From Eledone cirrhosa (taxonomy: Eukaryota): DNA of 64,000 nucleotides. Where the stretch lies: positions 363,382,001-363,446,000 of the forward strand of contig OZ024743.1 of assembly GCA_964016885.1 (NCBI GenBank), given 5' to 3'. The notes under the pieces were generated by a model, which worked only from the letters and a program-made list of their open reading frames with translations, made no database searches and was not told the origin of the DNA. Positions 28,764-42,208 of the stretch are shown here, one piece after another. Each line of letters starts with the position of its first letter. Within the stretch, counting starts at the first letter, position 1. The translations under genes were made by a program, and so were the position numbers.

Positions 28764-29880
28764 ACTAGCTAGAAAAATGCGTACAGCAAAAAAAAGTAAT
28801 ATTGTTGGAACAAACCTTTAAAAATACAGGACAAGGAAGTAAGATAAACCTTTAAAAATACAGGACAAAGAACTAAGATAAAACTTTAAAAGAATAGGAC
28901 AAGGAATATAAATTTTTACAATAATATTAGTGGCAAAATTCAATTGGTAAAAAATTGAGTTTCCATCATTACACCAATTACAACTATGATGTTCCGCATG
29001 CATCCACTCCAACCATGATCACTTGTCTGTCATCTTTCCCGGTCCAACTCCTCGCGGATGACCCGGCGCAACTCGGACTGGGTCGGAGCAGGAACTGGAG
29101 GGGGAGAGGGAGGGGTACGGGTCTTGACTCTGGGACGATGACGGCGAGTGACCAAGGTGAATGGGCCCGTGTTCGACTCGGAATCCTGCTGGTCCTCGAT
29201 GACACTTTGAGGCACGGTTGACGGTTCCGGACTGGCTTCATGGGCAGTGGTAGAAGGGCAGGTGGATAGGGCAGAGTGCTTCTTCCTGGGAGAGCACTTG
29301 AAGCAGGTGAAGCCGGCGCCGGACTCGTTGAACCACTTCCAGACAGCACTGGGCATGTTGGCGCAGCAATGATGAAAGTTGAAGCAGGCGACGAGGGGGG
29401 AGGAGGTGGAGGCGTTGGTGCAGGAGCAACAGACTGCTGATTTGGGAGTCATTGTAGCTGGGGGATGCAGGCGCTGAGGGGGCTCGAGTAGAAGGGAAGA
29501 ACAGAAATGAACCATGATGACTTTTCCTACATTTTTCCTGGCCCACTTCCTCATGAACCAATGAACCAGTTGGTACAACTCGGACTTGGAGGAGGAACAC
29601 AAGACAGGGATCAATTTCATTGTATTGATATTTCTCATTAAGTAATTTCATGTTACTCAAATAAATCACTTTTATTTGATCAATTATCTATTTTTCCAAT
29701 AAAATTTTTGCCACTAATATTATTGTAAAAATTTATATTCCTTGTCCTATTCTTTTAAAGTTTTATCTTAGTTCTTTGTCCTGTATTTTTAAAGGTTTAT
29801 CTTACTTCCTTGTCCTGTATTTTTAAAGGTTTGTTCCAACAATATTACTTTTTTTTGCTGTACGCATTTTTCTAGCTAGT
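28764..29880. mobile_element. Non-autonomous TIR element (~177-bp near-perfect TIRs) carrying a GC-rich LINE ORF1-like fragment
   Basis: 28764-28940 is the reverse complement of ~29704-29880; ends ctag-CTAGAAAAATGCG...CGCATTTTTCTAG-ctag; ~34-bp subrepeats within the TIRs. Confidence 0.8.
28985..29452 (-). pseudogene. PHD-finger + Pro/Ser linker + coiled-coil fragment resembling CR1/L2/Jockey ORF1
   Basis: MTPKSAVCCSC...LVAC..FHHCCANMP..VWKWF...FTCFKC...ELRRVIREELDRER, then frameshift to DRQVIMVGV. Confidence 0.6.
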
Positions 29881-30347
29881 TTCCTATTTTTCAAGGCAAT
29901 GCAAACAACAACTACTTAATTAAATAGTTATTACTTTAGTTACTTCTATCAAAAAATCCCAAAAATGATGTTAATGAAAACTATAGGTGAAAGTGAAGCT
30001 ATTCTTTTGTGACCTCTTAGTTACTTGTACCAATTTTGAATTTAATTCAAGCTACAGTGTCAGCCTGTGCATTGGAGTCACAGAAATAAGTTGAGATATT
30101 TTATCTAATTGGTACAAGCATCCACTCCACATGGCGGGGACATAGGTCAGATCGTGGAGCACTCACCTATCTTAAAAATATTAACTTATGATAAATAAGA
30201 GTCATTTAAGAAAATACAATTTTTTTAAATTAGTAGGTGAGCATTAACAACTGAATCTAAATGGAGCAAATTTGCACCATTTGCATTTAGTTGAAAATAA
30301 CATTTTAATTAAACATGACAAATTCTAATGCAATAGAAGGCAAATAT

Positions 30348-30682
30348 CAATTTTCACATGCAAATTTTTTTGGGATTTTTTTCACGCGCGCCATTTTTGG
30401 TCGATTTTTTGTCAATTTTTCACATGCAAATTTTTTTGGGTTTTTTTGATTTTTTTTCACGCGCGCCATTTTTGTCGATTTTTTGTCAATTTTTCACATG
30501 ATAATTTTTTTTTGGATTTTTGGATTTTCTTCACGCACGCCATTTTTGTCGATTTTTTGTCAATTTTTCACATGATAATTTTTTTTGGATTTTTGTATTT
30601 TCTTCACGCGCGCCATTTTTTGTCGATTTTTCATATGCAAATTTTTTGATTTTCTTCTCACACGCCATTTTTGTCGATTTCA
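30348..30682. repeat. ~65-bp tandem array (about 5 units)
   Basis: Unit caatttttcacatg..attttttt..ttcacgcgcgccatttttgtcgatttttt. Confidence 0.85.
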
Positions 30683-31257
30683 TCATTTGAGTGTTCATAG
30701 TCCAAAAACAACTGTATTGCATTTTCGCGCCAGGCAAAAAAGTAATAAGCCGATCAAAAAGCCGCGAAACGTATATGGTGACTTTTTTCGAAAGCCGCGA
30801 AACGTATGAAGTGACCTTTTGCGATTTTTTTTGCGACCATTTTGGCGAGACTTTTGCAGGGAAACAAATTTTTCATTTGTAATAGTCAAAATAAATAAGC
30901 CGATAAAAAAGCCGAGAGACGTCATTTTCATATGTCAAATGAGCACACTATTCGCACCTATCGCAAATGAGTTCACTACTCGCACCTATCGGTACAAAAA
31001 ATAGCACAACTATTCACAACTATTAGTACAAATCCAAATGATTTTCTGAATTTCTAGTATATCAATCAGCGACTGCTTTGAAAGAGAACAATGCAGTGAG
31101 TGATTACTCATTTGAATATAAATAGAAGACAACCTCAACTAGTTTGCAACGTGTGACCACTTATCGCGAGATAGGAGAACATAATAGCTCCTAATTAGCT
31201 CAATGATTAATGTTTACTGCCACATTGTATCAACATTTAAAATTCAAATTCAAAAAA

Positions 31258-31814
31258 ATAACCGCAGTCACTGGGGGGGGTTCAAATAACCACCGCACCC
31301 CGAATAACCGCAGTCACTAGGGGGGGTTCGAATAAGACCCTCACCCCAAATAACAGCAGTCACTGGGGGATGGTTCGAATAAGCGCCTCACCCCGAATAA
31401 TCGCAGTCACTGTGGGGGGGGGGTTCGAATAAGCGCCGCACCCCGAATAACCGCAGTCACTGTGGGGGGGGGGGGTTCGAATAAGCGCCTCACCCCGAAT
31501 AATCGCAGTCACTGGGGGAGGGTTCGAATAAGCGCCGCACCCCGAATAACCGCAGTCACTGGGGGGAGGGTTCGAATAAGCGCCGCACCCCGAATAATCG
31601 CAGTCACTGGGGGGAGGGTTCGAATAAGCGCCGCACCCCGAATAACCGCAGTCACTGGGGGGAGGGTTCGAATAAGCGCCGCACCCCGAATAATCGCAGT
31701 CACTGGGGGGAGGGTTCGAATAAGCGGGGGGGGGGGGGTTCGAATAAGCGTCTCACCCCGAATAATCGCAGTCACTGGGGGAGGGTTCGAATAAGCGCCG
31801 CACCCCGAATAACC
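31258..31814. repeat. 46-bp GC-rich tandem array (about 12 units)
   Basis: Unit ggggggagggttcgaataagcgccgcaccccgaataaccgcagtcact. Confidence 0.92.
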
Positions 31815-31857
31815 CCTTATCCTCCTCTGACCGGTCCCAAGAGATGCATCAAATGCA

Positions 31858-32054
31858 CAGAGCGTCACCCTTACTCACTCACTTACTCACTTGAACACAG
31901 TTTTTTTCAGCAAACTTTGATCATAACTTTTTTTGTGCTGAACGAAATTTCGAGAACAGAGCGTCACCCTTACTCACTCACTTACTCACTTGAACACAGT
32001 TTTTTTCAGCAAACTTTGATCATAACTTTTTTTGTGCTGAACGAAATTTCGAGA
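31858..32054. repeat. ~100-bp tandem duplication
   Basis: cagagcgtcacccttactcactc...aacgaaatttcgaga occurs twice. Confidence 0.9.
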
Positions 32055-32842
32055 TTTTTAGCTTAAGAGATGTGCAATGATTTACTCTCCATGCTCATAT
32101 AACTTTCATGTGATTTTGATAATCGGAAGACATTCTAATAATGCTGTAAAGAGACGATTGCCAACGAAATCACTAAGACAACAATATTACTAAACCGACT
32201 ACCGTCGGTTTAGGATCATGTTGAATATTTGTGAATTACTTTAAAAATACACCTGTTTGTAGAACAGTCAACCACTTGCAAGTTAATTTGATGAATGAGT
32301 AATTTCATTGATCAAAATCAACAGAAGTCCATTTATCATATACTCAAATATAAGCAACCCCCCTCTTTTCATGTCTGAGAAATGGGCAAAAATCCAAACC
32401 CTACTTATAAGTTGAGGCAGTTAATCAACACATTATGGCATGCTTTTGAAATTCTCATGAGTGGAGAAAATATTTACAAAGTTTTAGCATTTTGATATCT
32501 AAAATGCTTTAACCCTTTAGCATTTAAATTGGCTGTATCCGGCCAGAATTCTCTCACCCCTTTCTGTTCAAACTGGCTGTAACTGGCCACTCATACTGAT
32601 GTTAAGGTATTGTTCTCAAAATAATTAATACCAAAATCTCATAGATTCATTATTATGTGAGATAAAGTGTTTGCCATGAAAATATAATAGTATATATAAA
32701 GTAGTGTAAATGCTAAAGGGTTAAGTGTCATTTAGAGTACAGTTTTTGTTTCACAAATCCACTGCGTAGGATTAAAAGCCACGTCCGTGATGCTCATGCT
32801 TAAGTATCAAGCGATGGCATTACTTGAAATCAGGTTGCAGCC

Positions 32843-32878
<36 letters not shown>

Positions 32879-32879
32879 C

Positions 32880-33180
32880 TTTCAATGTAAAGTTATGTTG
32901 GTGCCACAACATCCAGGCCGAAACAAATGAGATCGTGTAGGTGTCACGACAAAAAAACACACAGTCCACGCTGTAATGTGGCCGTGTAGGCAACACGGTA
33001 AAAACCTCCCAGTCCCACACTGTAAATGTGGTTGGTGTTAGGAAGGGCATCCAGCTGTAGAAAACCCACCAGACAGTCCCATGCGAGCAAGACAACCACT
33101 CTTGCCTCAAGTGGGAAAACTCCCGTCCAAACCCATGCAAGCGTGGAACATGGACGTTAAACGATGATGATGATGATGAT
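32880..33180 (+). mobile_element. RTE 3' UTR / SINE-like tail (similar minus-strand copies 39405-39600, 28420-28475)
   Basis: GGTTGGTGTTAGGAAGGGCATCCAGCTG...GGACGTTAAACGATGATGAT, same as the LINE 3' ends. Confidence 0.75.
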
Positions 33181-33227
33181 GTGTGTGTGTATGTATATAA
33201 CAATATTTCCATTTCTATTATTTACAG

Positions 33228-33376
33228 TTCAACTGAAGAAGATGGTTAATGAAGAGATGCTGTATGAAGGTAGCTGTAGTAAAATATCTGTCAAATTACC
33301 AGACAGATGGGAAATTGTATGGAAAGTAACCAACTTGGTTATGGCTGTATTTTTCTTCTTGGCTGCTTTTGTTAAT
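33228..33376 (+). CDS. TMEM220: TMEM220 first coding exon (ATG at 33242; acceptor upstream implies a further 5' UTR exon)
   Basis: Acceptor ttctattatttacag|TTC at 33227/33228; donor AAT|gtaagt at 33376/33377; encodes the first hydrophobic helix. Confidence 0.85.
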
Positions 33377-36300
33377 GTAAGTATTCTATTTTAGACAGTG
33401 GTGAATTAAGCTTGTATGGAACTCCTGGCTGAAAATTTCATCACCATCCTATACTGACTGAATATATTATTCATGGTAGCCAAAAAATTAATTTGAGATC
33501 TCTTTAAATATTGTGGACCCCTGGCTACAGCTCAGTCATTCCCCACTTATTAATCTACCACTGGCTGTTATATCAACAGGTTGAATGAAACACAGAGAGG
33601 CTCACTCATTAGTTCATTTGTTGAAATTGGCATTGTTGTTGTTATTTTACCACAGGTCAACCCTTGTCAAATAAACCTATGATTAAAATCAGGGTCTATA
33701 AGAGTTGGGTTCAATGGATTCATCAGCCTGAAAAGCCAAGAAGAATCCTGTGAATACTCCCCCCCCCCCCCCCCCATCAATTAAAAAAAAAAACACATCA
33801 GCCCCCCTCTAATGCTGAAAGGAGCTTTCTGTCTTCTGACACAAAAATAGTCTTGTTAATTTTTGCAAAGATTCTCTTAAATGCATTCCAGCTATGACTA
33901 TTGTATCTTTTTGAATAGGACTACATATCCTTCCTTAAGATGAAAGGGTGTTATTTGATAGAGAGATTTGGCTGTTATTTCTAACTGGTCAAGTGACCAT
34001 GTAGACTTCAAATGTTCATGGTGTAGCTGTGTTTTGAGGAAGTCTAACGATGTTGTATGTTGTATTGTGGCATGGTTTGATAACATTCACCAGTGATGTG
34101 TATATTTAATAACACTTGTCCAGTCATATGCAATAACACTTATTTAGTGATAGCATTTTATCAAATAACACTTATTCAGTATTATCTAATAACACTTATC
34201 TAGTAACAATTACACTTATCCAGTCATATACTTGTATTGAATAAAACTATCTAGTGATATCCTTTTTATCTTATAAGGCTTATTCAATAGCATTTATTCA
34301 ATTACACTTACCCAGTGATAACCTTTTATGTAAAAACTCATATCCAATGATTTCCTTTAATCTTAAAGCAATAATCGTCTGATCTCATTTTAAGCTATAC
34401 AATAATCTCCATTTTCTCAATATTAATCCAATGATGATGTATAATCTAATAACTTAATTCTATAAATAATCTTAGTTTTCTCACTCTTTATTTGATCTTA
34501 TCTCCCTTAATTTAGTCTTACCTTTCTTAATTGAGTCTTACTTCTCTTAATCTAGTATTATCACTCTTAATCTATTCTTACCTTTTCTAATCTGGTCGTA
34601 TTTTACTTAATCTAGGCTTACCTTTCTTAATCTATTCTTACCTTTCTTAATGTGGTCTTCTTAATTTAAATTAACCTTTCTAGTGTACCATCCCTTAATC
34701 TAGTCTCATCCCTCTAAATCCAGTGTTATCTCTTAATCTAGTCTTATCTCTTAATCATGTCTTATCTCTCTTAATCTTTATTTTTCTTAATCTAGAATTG
34801 TCTTTTAATATTGACTTATCTCTCATAATCTAATGTTATCTTTGAATCTCATCTTATTGCTCTTAAACTAATCTTATCTCTCTTAATCTATTATCACTTT
34901 TCTTAATTTATTCTGATCTCTCTTAATCTAATGTTACCTCTCTTAATCTAGCCTTATCTCTCTTAATCTGGTGTTATCTAATAAATTTAGTGTTATCTCG
35001 TAATCCAGTCTTATATCTCTTAATCTCATCTTATCTCTCTTAATCCAGTCTTAAAATGTTGTCTTACATCTCTTAATCTAGTCTTATCTCTCATAATCTA
35101 TACTTATCTCTCTTAATCTCATCATATCTCCCTTAATCTAATCTTATCTCTCCTAATTAGGCCTTATGTCTCTTAATCAGGTCTAATTTCTCTTAATCTA
35201 GTGTCACCATTTAATCTCATTCTCTATCCTTTCTTACAGCACAATGACAGTGATTGGTACATCTGGATTGTAAGTAGAATTAATTCAAGTCTTATTCTCC
35301 ACTTCTACTAATCTGTACTCTGTATTATATATTGTGTATCATTATAAAGACGGTGGATACAGTATGACCAAATGGTTAAGAAATTTGCTTCATCATCATG
35401 AGGTTCTGGGTTCAATCCCACTATGTAACATCTTCAGCAAGTGTATTTTCCATTAGCATTAGGTCAACTCAAGCCCTCTGAGTGAAATTGGGTAGATGAA
35501 AACTGTTTGGGAGCGAGTTCGATGAACTTTATTTGTAATTAATTCAGACGGCCTTCTCACCTTCTGTATCACACTGAAACTTTCAGTACATTTAAACATT
35601 GTATCTATTTGTTGAACTGCTAAGTTACAGAACATAAATAAACTATAATTGTTTCTACATTAGGCACAAGGCCAGCAATTTACAGTACATTACTGGTACT
35701 TTATTTTATCGACCCCCGTAAGGATGAAATTCAAAGTTAACCTCGGCGGGATTTGAACTCAGAACATAAAGGGACATAACTATGCTAGAAAGCATGGCGT
35801 CCGACCCTCTACCGATACTGCCAATCCACCGCTCTTGAACATAAATAAACTATAATTGTTTCTACTTTAGGCACAAGGCCAGCAATTACCCAGTGCATTA
35901 CTGGTACTTTATTTTATCGACCCCGTAAGGATGAAAGGCAAAGTAAACCTCGGCGGGATTTGAACTCAGACCGTAAAGGGACGTAACTATGCTGGAAAGC
36001 ATGGCGTCCGACCCTCTACCGATACTGCCAATCCACCACCCTTAAATAAACTATAATGGTTGTTAAACAGTGTTGATATAAACATTCATGCATACACTCA
36101 CACACACATATATATGTATATGATGAGAGTTATATAGTGCCTAACAGTATCACTAACAAGGCATTAACCAGCATTAGGCTACAGTAGAAGAAACTTACCC
36201 AAGCTGCTATGTGAAACAAACTTCTGAACAATACAGCTATTCTCATGTTATTTAACTTTTCTTCTTCTTTGCTCACTTATTCTTGAGAGGGTCATGGGGG

Positions 36301-39300
36301 CAGAGTCCTCAAACACTCCTTCCAGCAGGTCCTGTCAGAAGCAACCAGCTAATCTGGCTGGATCCCCAAATGAGACCAGCTGAACTCATGGATGTTATCC
36401 AACCATCTTGCTCAGAGTCTACCCCTGGGTCTCCTGCCAGTTGCTTTTTCCCATAAAATCTGTCCAGCAATTTTTTCTTGGAGCATTCTAATCACAAGCC
36501 CATAGTATTGGAGCTGTGATTTCTCAATTCAGAGAAGTAGTGGTTCTACCAGGAACAACTCTGATTTCCGAGCTACGTGCTCTGTCAAGTAACGTTACTC
36601 CAAAGAGAAACCTCATTTCAGCTGCTTGTATTCGCGATCATATTCTTTTGGCCATTTCCCAAAGTTCCTGACCATAGGTAAGGGTTGGCATGAATACTGA
36701 ATTGAAGATAGGGTGTTTGGCTTTTACACCTACCTCCCTCCTTCTGATTACCGAATGCTGAAGCTGGCACATTATAGCACCAGCTCCTGCAATTCTTAAA
36801 CTTAATTCAGCCTCCTACCTTCCATCACTCATGAACATGGCTCCGAGATACTTGAACTTCTCCACCTGCTTCAATGGAACTCCATTCACATGTAGAGTGT
36901 AGGCTACCTTTAGAGGATAAGCGTCTCAGTTCCTGCAGCACTGATTTTCATTCTAATCAAAGGCACTGCCTATAATTTTCAAATAATTTTGAAAATAGTC
37001 AAAAATTTTGAAGGATTTAATGAAATAATTCACCTTCCCATTATTAATCTAGCATTTGAGGTGTAAATTAACAAAGGTTCTTAGATTACTATAGAAGGTC
37101 CTTAGATAAATATAAACATTAAAACAAACTATCATAGAACAACCTTGTCATGCTTGCTCTAATGCTCGATACTTGTATCCGAGCAGCAGCCGAGGAGATA
37201 TGCAACGTCAAATTTGACGACATAGGGTGGCAACAGGTCACTTTACCTGTCAGGTATGGCGGCCTTGGCCTCCGGTCCCCGATCTCACTAGCTTTGCCGG
37301 CGTATCTTTCGTGGGTAACCTCGTGCCACATCCTCATCAACATGGTTCTTCAAAACACAACAGAACCCTCTGTGTACAGAGAACGTAAGGCCGCCTGTGA
37401 GACGTGGGACCAGCTGGGACTTAGCCCAGTAGACGTCCCTCCTCCTTCTCCCCCTGTTGACGTCAAGTCACCCCAATGCACATGGGATGCCATCCAGTGC
37501 AGCCTGGCCTCAGACAGGCTCACGCGCCAGCTCCGCCTTGCTTGTTTTCGTGCAGCATCCAAACCCCACAGTGGTGCCTGGCTCCATGCCCTGCCCTCCT
37601 TCTCCACTGGCACACAGCTAGACAACCATAGCCTGCGCATCGGCATTTCCCTGAGGCTCAGCCTCCAGATCTGCCAGCCACACCAATGTCGCTGCGGTTC
37701 CACCGTGGACTCTTTTGGCCTCCACCCACTTTCCTGTCGCCACAGTGCTGGCCGCATTCCACGCCATGCTGCCCTCTACGAGGTCATTAAGTATGGCTTG
37801 GATGCTGCAGGCTTCCCTTCCAGCTCAAACCGGTGGGGTTGGATTGAGGGGACGGCAAAAGGCCAGATGGCACGACCATCTTCCCGTTCCGCGGTGGCAA
37901 ACCCCTCGTCTGGGATGCCACTTCCACTGACACTTTCTGCAGCCGCAACCTGGTGCAGTCTGCGACTGACCCAGGTTCTGCTGCACGTCGGGCTGAGGGG
38001 GCCAAACTCCTCAAATACCGGTCGCTCTCCGACAGGTTTGCGGTCGTACCCCTGGCAGTGGAGACTTCTGGTGTCCTCGGCCCCAGGGCTACCTCCTTAC
38101 TCACCACCGTAGGCACTGAGCTGGCCAGTCGCAGGTGTGAGCCCCGCGAGTTGGAGTGGCTTTTCGAGCGTCTCCCTTGCTGTCCTCCGGGGAAACGCCT
38201 TCTCTATTCTGTCTGCCGGGGCTGTGGGTGGGCCCCATCGCGTACCGTTGTAGTTGTTGTATACAGATATTAACTCATCAAAGATAGGCATTTGTGCCAG
38301 GTATCACATTTTAACAATATCACAACACTATCATAGAACCAGGGATGGTTTCAGGTGGTTTGGTAACAAAGGGTCGTTATGCTCCAAAAATGACATGAAT
38401 AATTAATCTACTATGTCATAATCTTCAATCTCTGTCTACAGCCTGTTTACCTGTTACCTGCCATTTTAACTGTCCTCATTGCTGTTGATACCAATATTAC
38501 AGGTATGTATATATATATATATATTTATGCATGTGTGTCATTATGTGTGAATGTGTAACTGTGTGTTACCATCATCACGACCATCATTTAATATCTGTTT
38601 TCCTTGTTATAAGGGTTGGACAGACTGTTTTCACAGACCAAGTCAGTACTTAATTGAACCCACTACTCTTTTAGATGGGTCAGAAGCTGCATTTCATTTA
38701 CATACATTCTTGCACTTTACAGAATGCACTACACATTTTTTATTAGCACTAGAACTACAAGGTTACCATATTTTGGACATAACTGAGTCCTTTCTATCCT
38801 TTGTTTGACAATTTTTCTACAACTGGATGCCTTTTGGGTGTGTTTTATCATATCAGCAACACTAGAGAGGTTTTTGTGCCTTTATACAACTGGTCTCCTC
38901 TTGACCCTTTTTTACCATGGTTTCTACAGCTGGATACTCTTCCTATCACCAAACACCTTCCCGGATGTACTTGGTGTATTTTTCGTGGCACCATTATTTG
39001 AAAGGTTAACATGTGGTGGCTGAAGGGTTCTCCCAATCCTTTTTTGCCATGGTTTCTACTGCTGAAAACCCCAACCAAAGCTAACTACCCCACAGAGTGT
39101 ACTAGATGCTCCCCATCATAGCACTAGCACTAGAAAGGCTGATTGTCAATGATTGTCTGAAGAGCATACTCATTCCACCTTCCTCCAACCCTCCCAGATC
39201 CGCTGCAGTTATGTCCCAACCCTTATGGCCATACAACATCACCTCTCACATACAGGAATCACACAGCATACCTTACACTCCAAAATATAAGACCCCTGTT

Positions 39301-40007
39301 GTCAGCGGAGGTACTACCTTCCTAAATTTCCTCCAGCCTATTTGCACTCTGGCTACCACACTGAGATCACATATATCATCATCATTTAATGTCCATTCAT
39401 CATCATCATCATCTTCGTTTAACGTCCATCTTCCACGCTAGCATGGGTTAGACGGGAGTTGTTCCACTTGAGGCAAGGTTGGTCGGGTGACCGTGTCTCG
39501 CTCATATAGGACTATCTGGCAGGTTTTCTATGGCTGGATGCCCTTCCTAACACCAACCACATTTACAGTGTGGAACTGGGAACTTTTTACCGTGTTACCT
39601 ATATATATATATATGGTGGCTGCCAACTCGTTTTCGAGTATGGCCACTACTTTATATCCATGTAGGAGAACCCCTACCGATGCGCTGAACGAGTGTGACT
39701 TTTTAGTCCAGCCAGCGACTTGAAAACTCTGGTACAAACACTACACTTGTGACAATTATTGACACATAGTGCTGGGCCCATGGTACCATGTGACGACAAG
39801 TGCAGAGAGATCTCCAGATATAAAGCAATGCCTGTGCCATGAAGCTTTTATAGTGAGCAAAGGCACTGCACAAAGCCAGTCCCACTCTCTTAACCAAGAT
39901 GATATTTACCAAAAAGAAGAACAAGATGACCCCTTAGCCTTTGTCAAGGCAGAATTCTAGGAGAAGGAAAACTCTGATATAACACCTGCAACTCTGATGG
40001 TATCCAA

Positions 40008-40044
<37 letters not shown>

Positions 40045-41346
40045 GAGTGTCCCAAAAATATGTATTCACACTTTTATTAGAATGCTGTTGGAGTGTATAC
40101 ATATTTTTAGGACACCTCGTACACACACACATATATATATATATAATTCCAGGAGTCCAGGTCTGGTTATCACTTATTTTTTATCATTTATTTTGTTTTG
40201 ACCTGTTTAGCTTGATTTGGTTTTTGGCTTGGGTGGTTAATGCTTTCTTGACTACCTTTTCAGTTTTGTATGGCTTCTTAACACATTGTTTAGCTCTGGT
40301 TTTTAACTATTGAGCACTTTGCCAGTATCATTTCTGATTTTTGCGTTTCGCTTCACTTTTCCTGCCCGCCGAAATGCGATTCTCGCTGAATCTTTATTTG
40401 TATATATATATATATATATATAATGAAAAATTGAACAGGGACAGAACAGAGAGGCAGTACGACAAATGTTTATTAAATTCACGCTCAGGTGAGTGGGGGG
40501 TAGATGGGGGACGACGTTTCGGGCATAAGCCCTTCTTCAGGTAAGAGTTCAAAAGGTGTGTAGGGGAGTGGTGGAGAGACATATAGCGAAAGGAAACGGT
40601 GCGAATGAAAAATTAACAAATAAAGACAAAAATATAATAAATAATAAATAAAAATAAAGCATGATCAAAATACAAGGAATGAGAAAATTTAAAAATAAAG
40701 GCATGATCAAAATAAACTGAAATTAAAAGGGGGGTAAACAGGTGGTGGAAGGGTGTGGGGTGAGTAGAGGTGGTGGCGGGTGGAGTGGGGAGAGGGAGAC
40801 AGGGTGTCCGAGCGGGGAGGGCTGAAGGTGGTGTGTGTGGTTAGGTGTGCGTGTGTGTGTGTGTATGTGAAAGTGAGGGTTGGGGGAAGAACGTTTGAAG
40901 GAGGGGAGTGGTGGTGTTGGGAAGATGTGGGAGGTGGAGGGGTCGGACTGGAGGTGTCGGAAGAGGCGGCGGAGGGGTAAGGTGGAGGGGTGGTAGGTGA
41001 TGGGGAAGGGGAGACGGTGGGTGGGTGTGCGGTGGCGTGGGGTGAGGGTGGTAGAGCGGGGGATAGCACGGGCGCGGGTGAGAGCGGTGTGGACGAGAGA
41101 TATATATATATATGTATGTAAAAGGTAAACAGAAACAACAACACAATCGGCACAGCACATGGAAGGTATATACCAGGTTAATGCTTGATACAGCAGGAAG
41201 AGGGTCCTAACGTTTTGGACGCCAGTCCCTCATCAGAAGAAAGAATGAGAAATAGAACAGATTGAGGAGACGGGCGGGTTGGAATTGGAAAAAATGTCTT
41301 TAGACAAAAATAACAGGTCCATTCATGTTGACATCTCTTGCAAAAC

Positions 41347-41377
<31 letters not shown>

Positions 41378-42164
41378 TATATATATACACACACACTCAC
41401 AGTACACATGTACATGAGATGTCAACATAAATGGACCTACCATTTCTATCTAAAGACACTTTTTTTCAAATTCGACCCCGCCCGTCCCCTCAATCTATCT
41501 TATTTCTCATTCTTTCCTCCGACGAAGGACCAGCGTCCGCAACATCAAGACCCCCTCCTGCTATTTCAAGCGCCAACCCAATATAATCCTTCCATACACT
41601 GCACCGACTCAGTTATTACTTCTGCTCACCTTTTACATACATATCATCATCATCATCATTTTTCGTCCGCTTTTCCTTGCTTGCAAGGGTTGGACGGGTC
41701 CTATTCAGCACAGCATCTCTCCACTTGTCACGGTCCTTCGTCATCTCCTCGGTGAGTTTCAGCGATCTGAGGTCTGCTCTCACCACATCCGCCCATGTTT
41801 TTGTGGTCTACCTCTACTGCGTCTTCCTTCTACTGGGATTTCTTGGCACTTCTTTACGCAGCGGTCATCTTCCGTGAGCATCACATGTCCATACCATCTC
41901 AGCCTTCTCTCCTGCACACCACAACTTATCCCTCTTATACCCAGTTTCTTTCTTAACTCGTCCATGCTTGGTCGTTCACGCACATTGACTTTGCAAGTAG
42001 GATTTGGATATATATGCATGTGTTCAGTTATGGCTGTGTGGTTAAATTCACTTTGCACTCATGTGGTTTTGAGTTAAGTTCCACTTAAGTGTCTTCTATA
42101 GAATTGGTTATGAACAATCAGTACTTTATGAGGGATTTTGGTAGATGGAAACTGTGCAGAAGAC

Positions 42165-42208
<44 letters not shown>

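Noticed and set aside
31258-31814. 46-bp array as a CRISPR array or coding repeat
   Set aside because: Units are contiguous with no unique spacers, there are no cas genes and the context is eukaryotic; the ORFs are repeat translations.
37150-38260. GC-rich island as horizontal transfer or bacterial contamination
   Set aside because: Motifs are those of a CRE-like retrotransposon, and it sits in a host intron.
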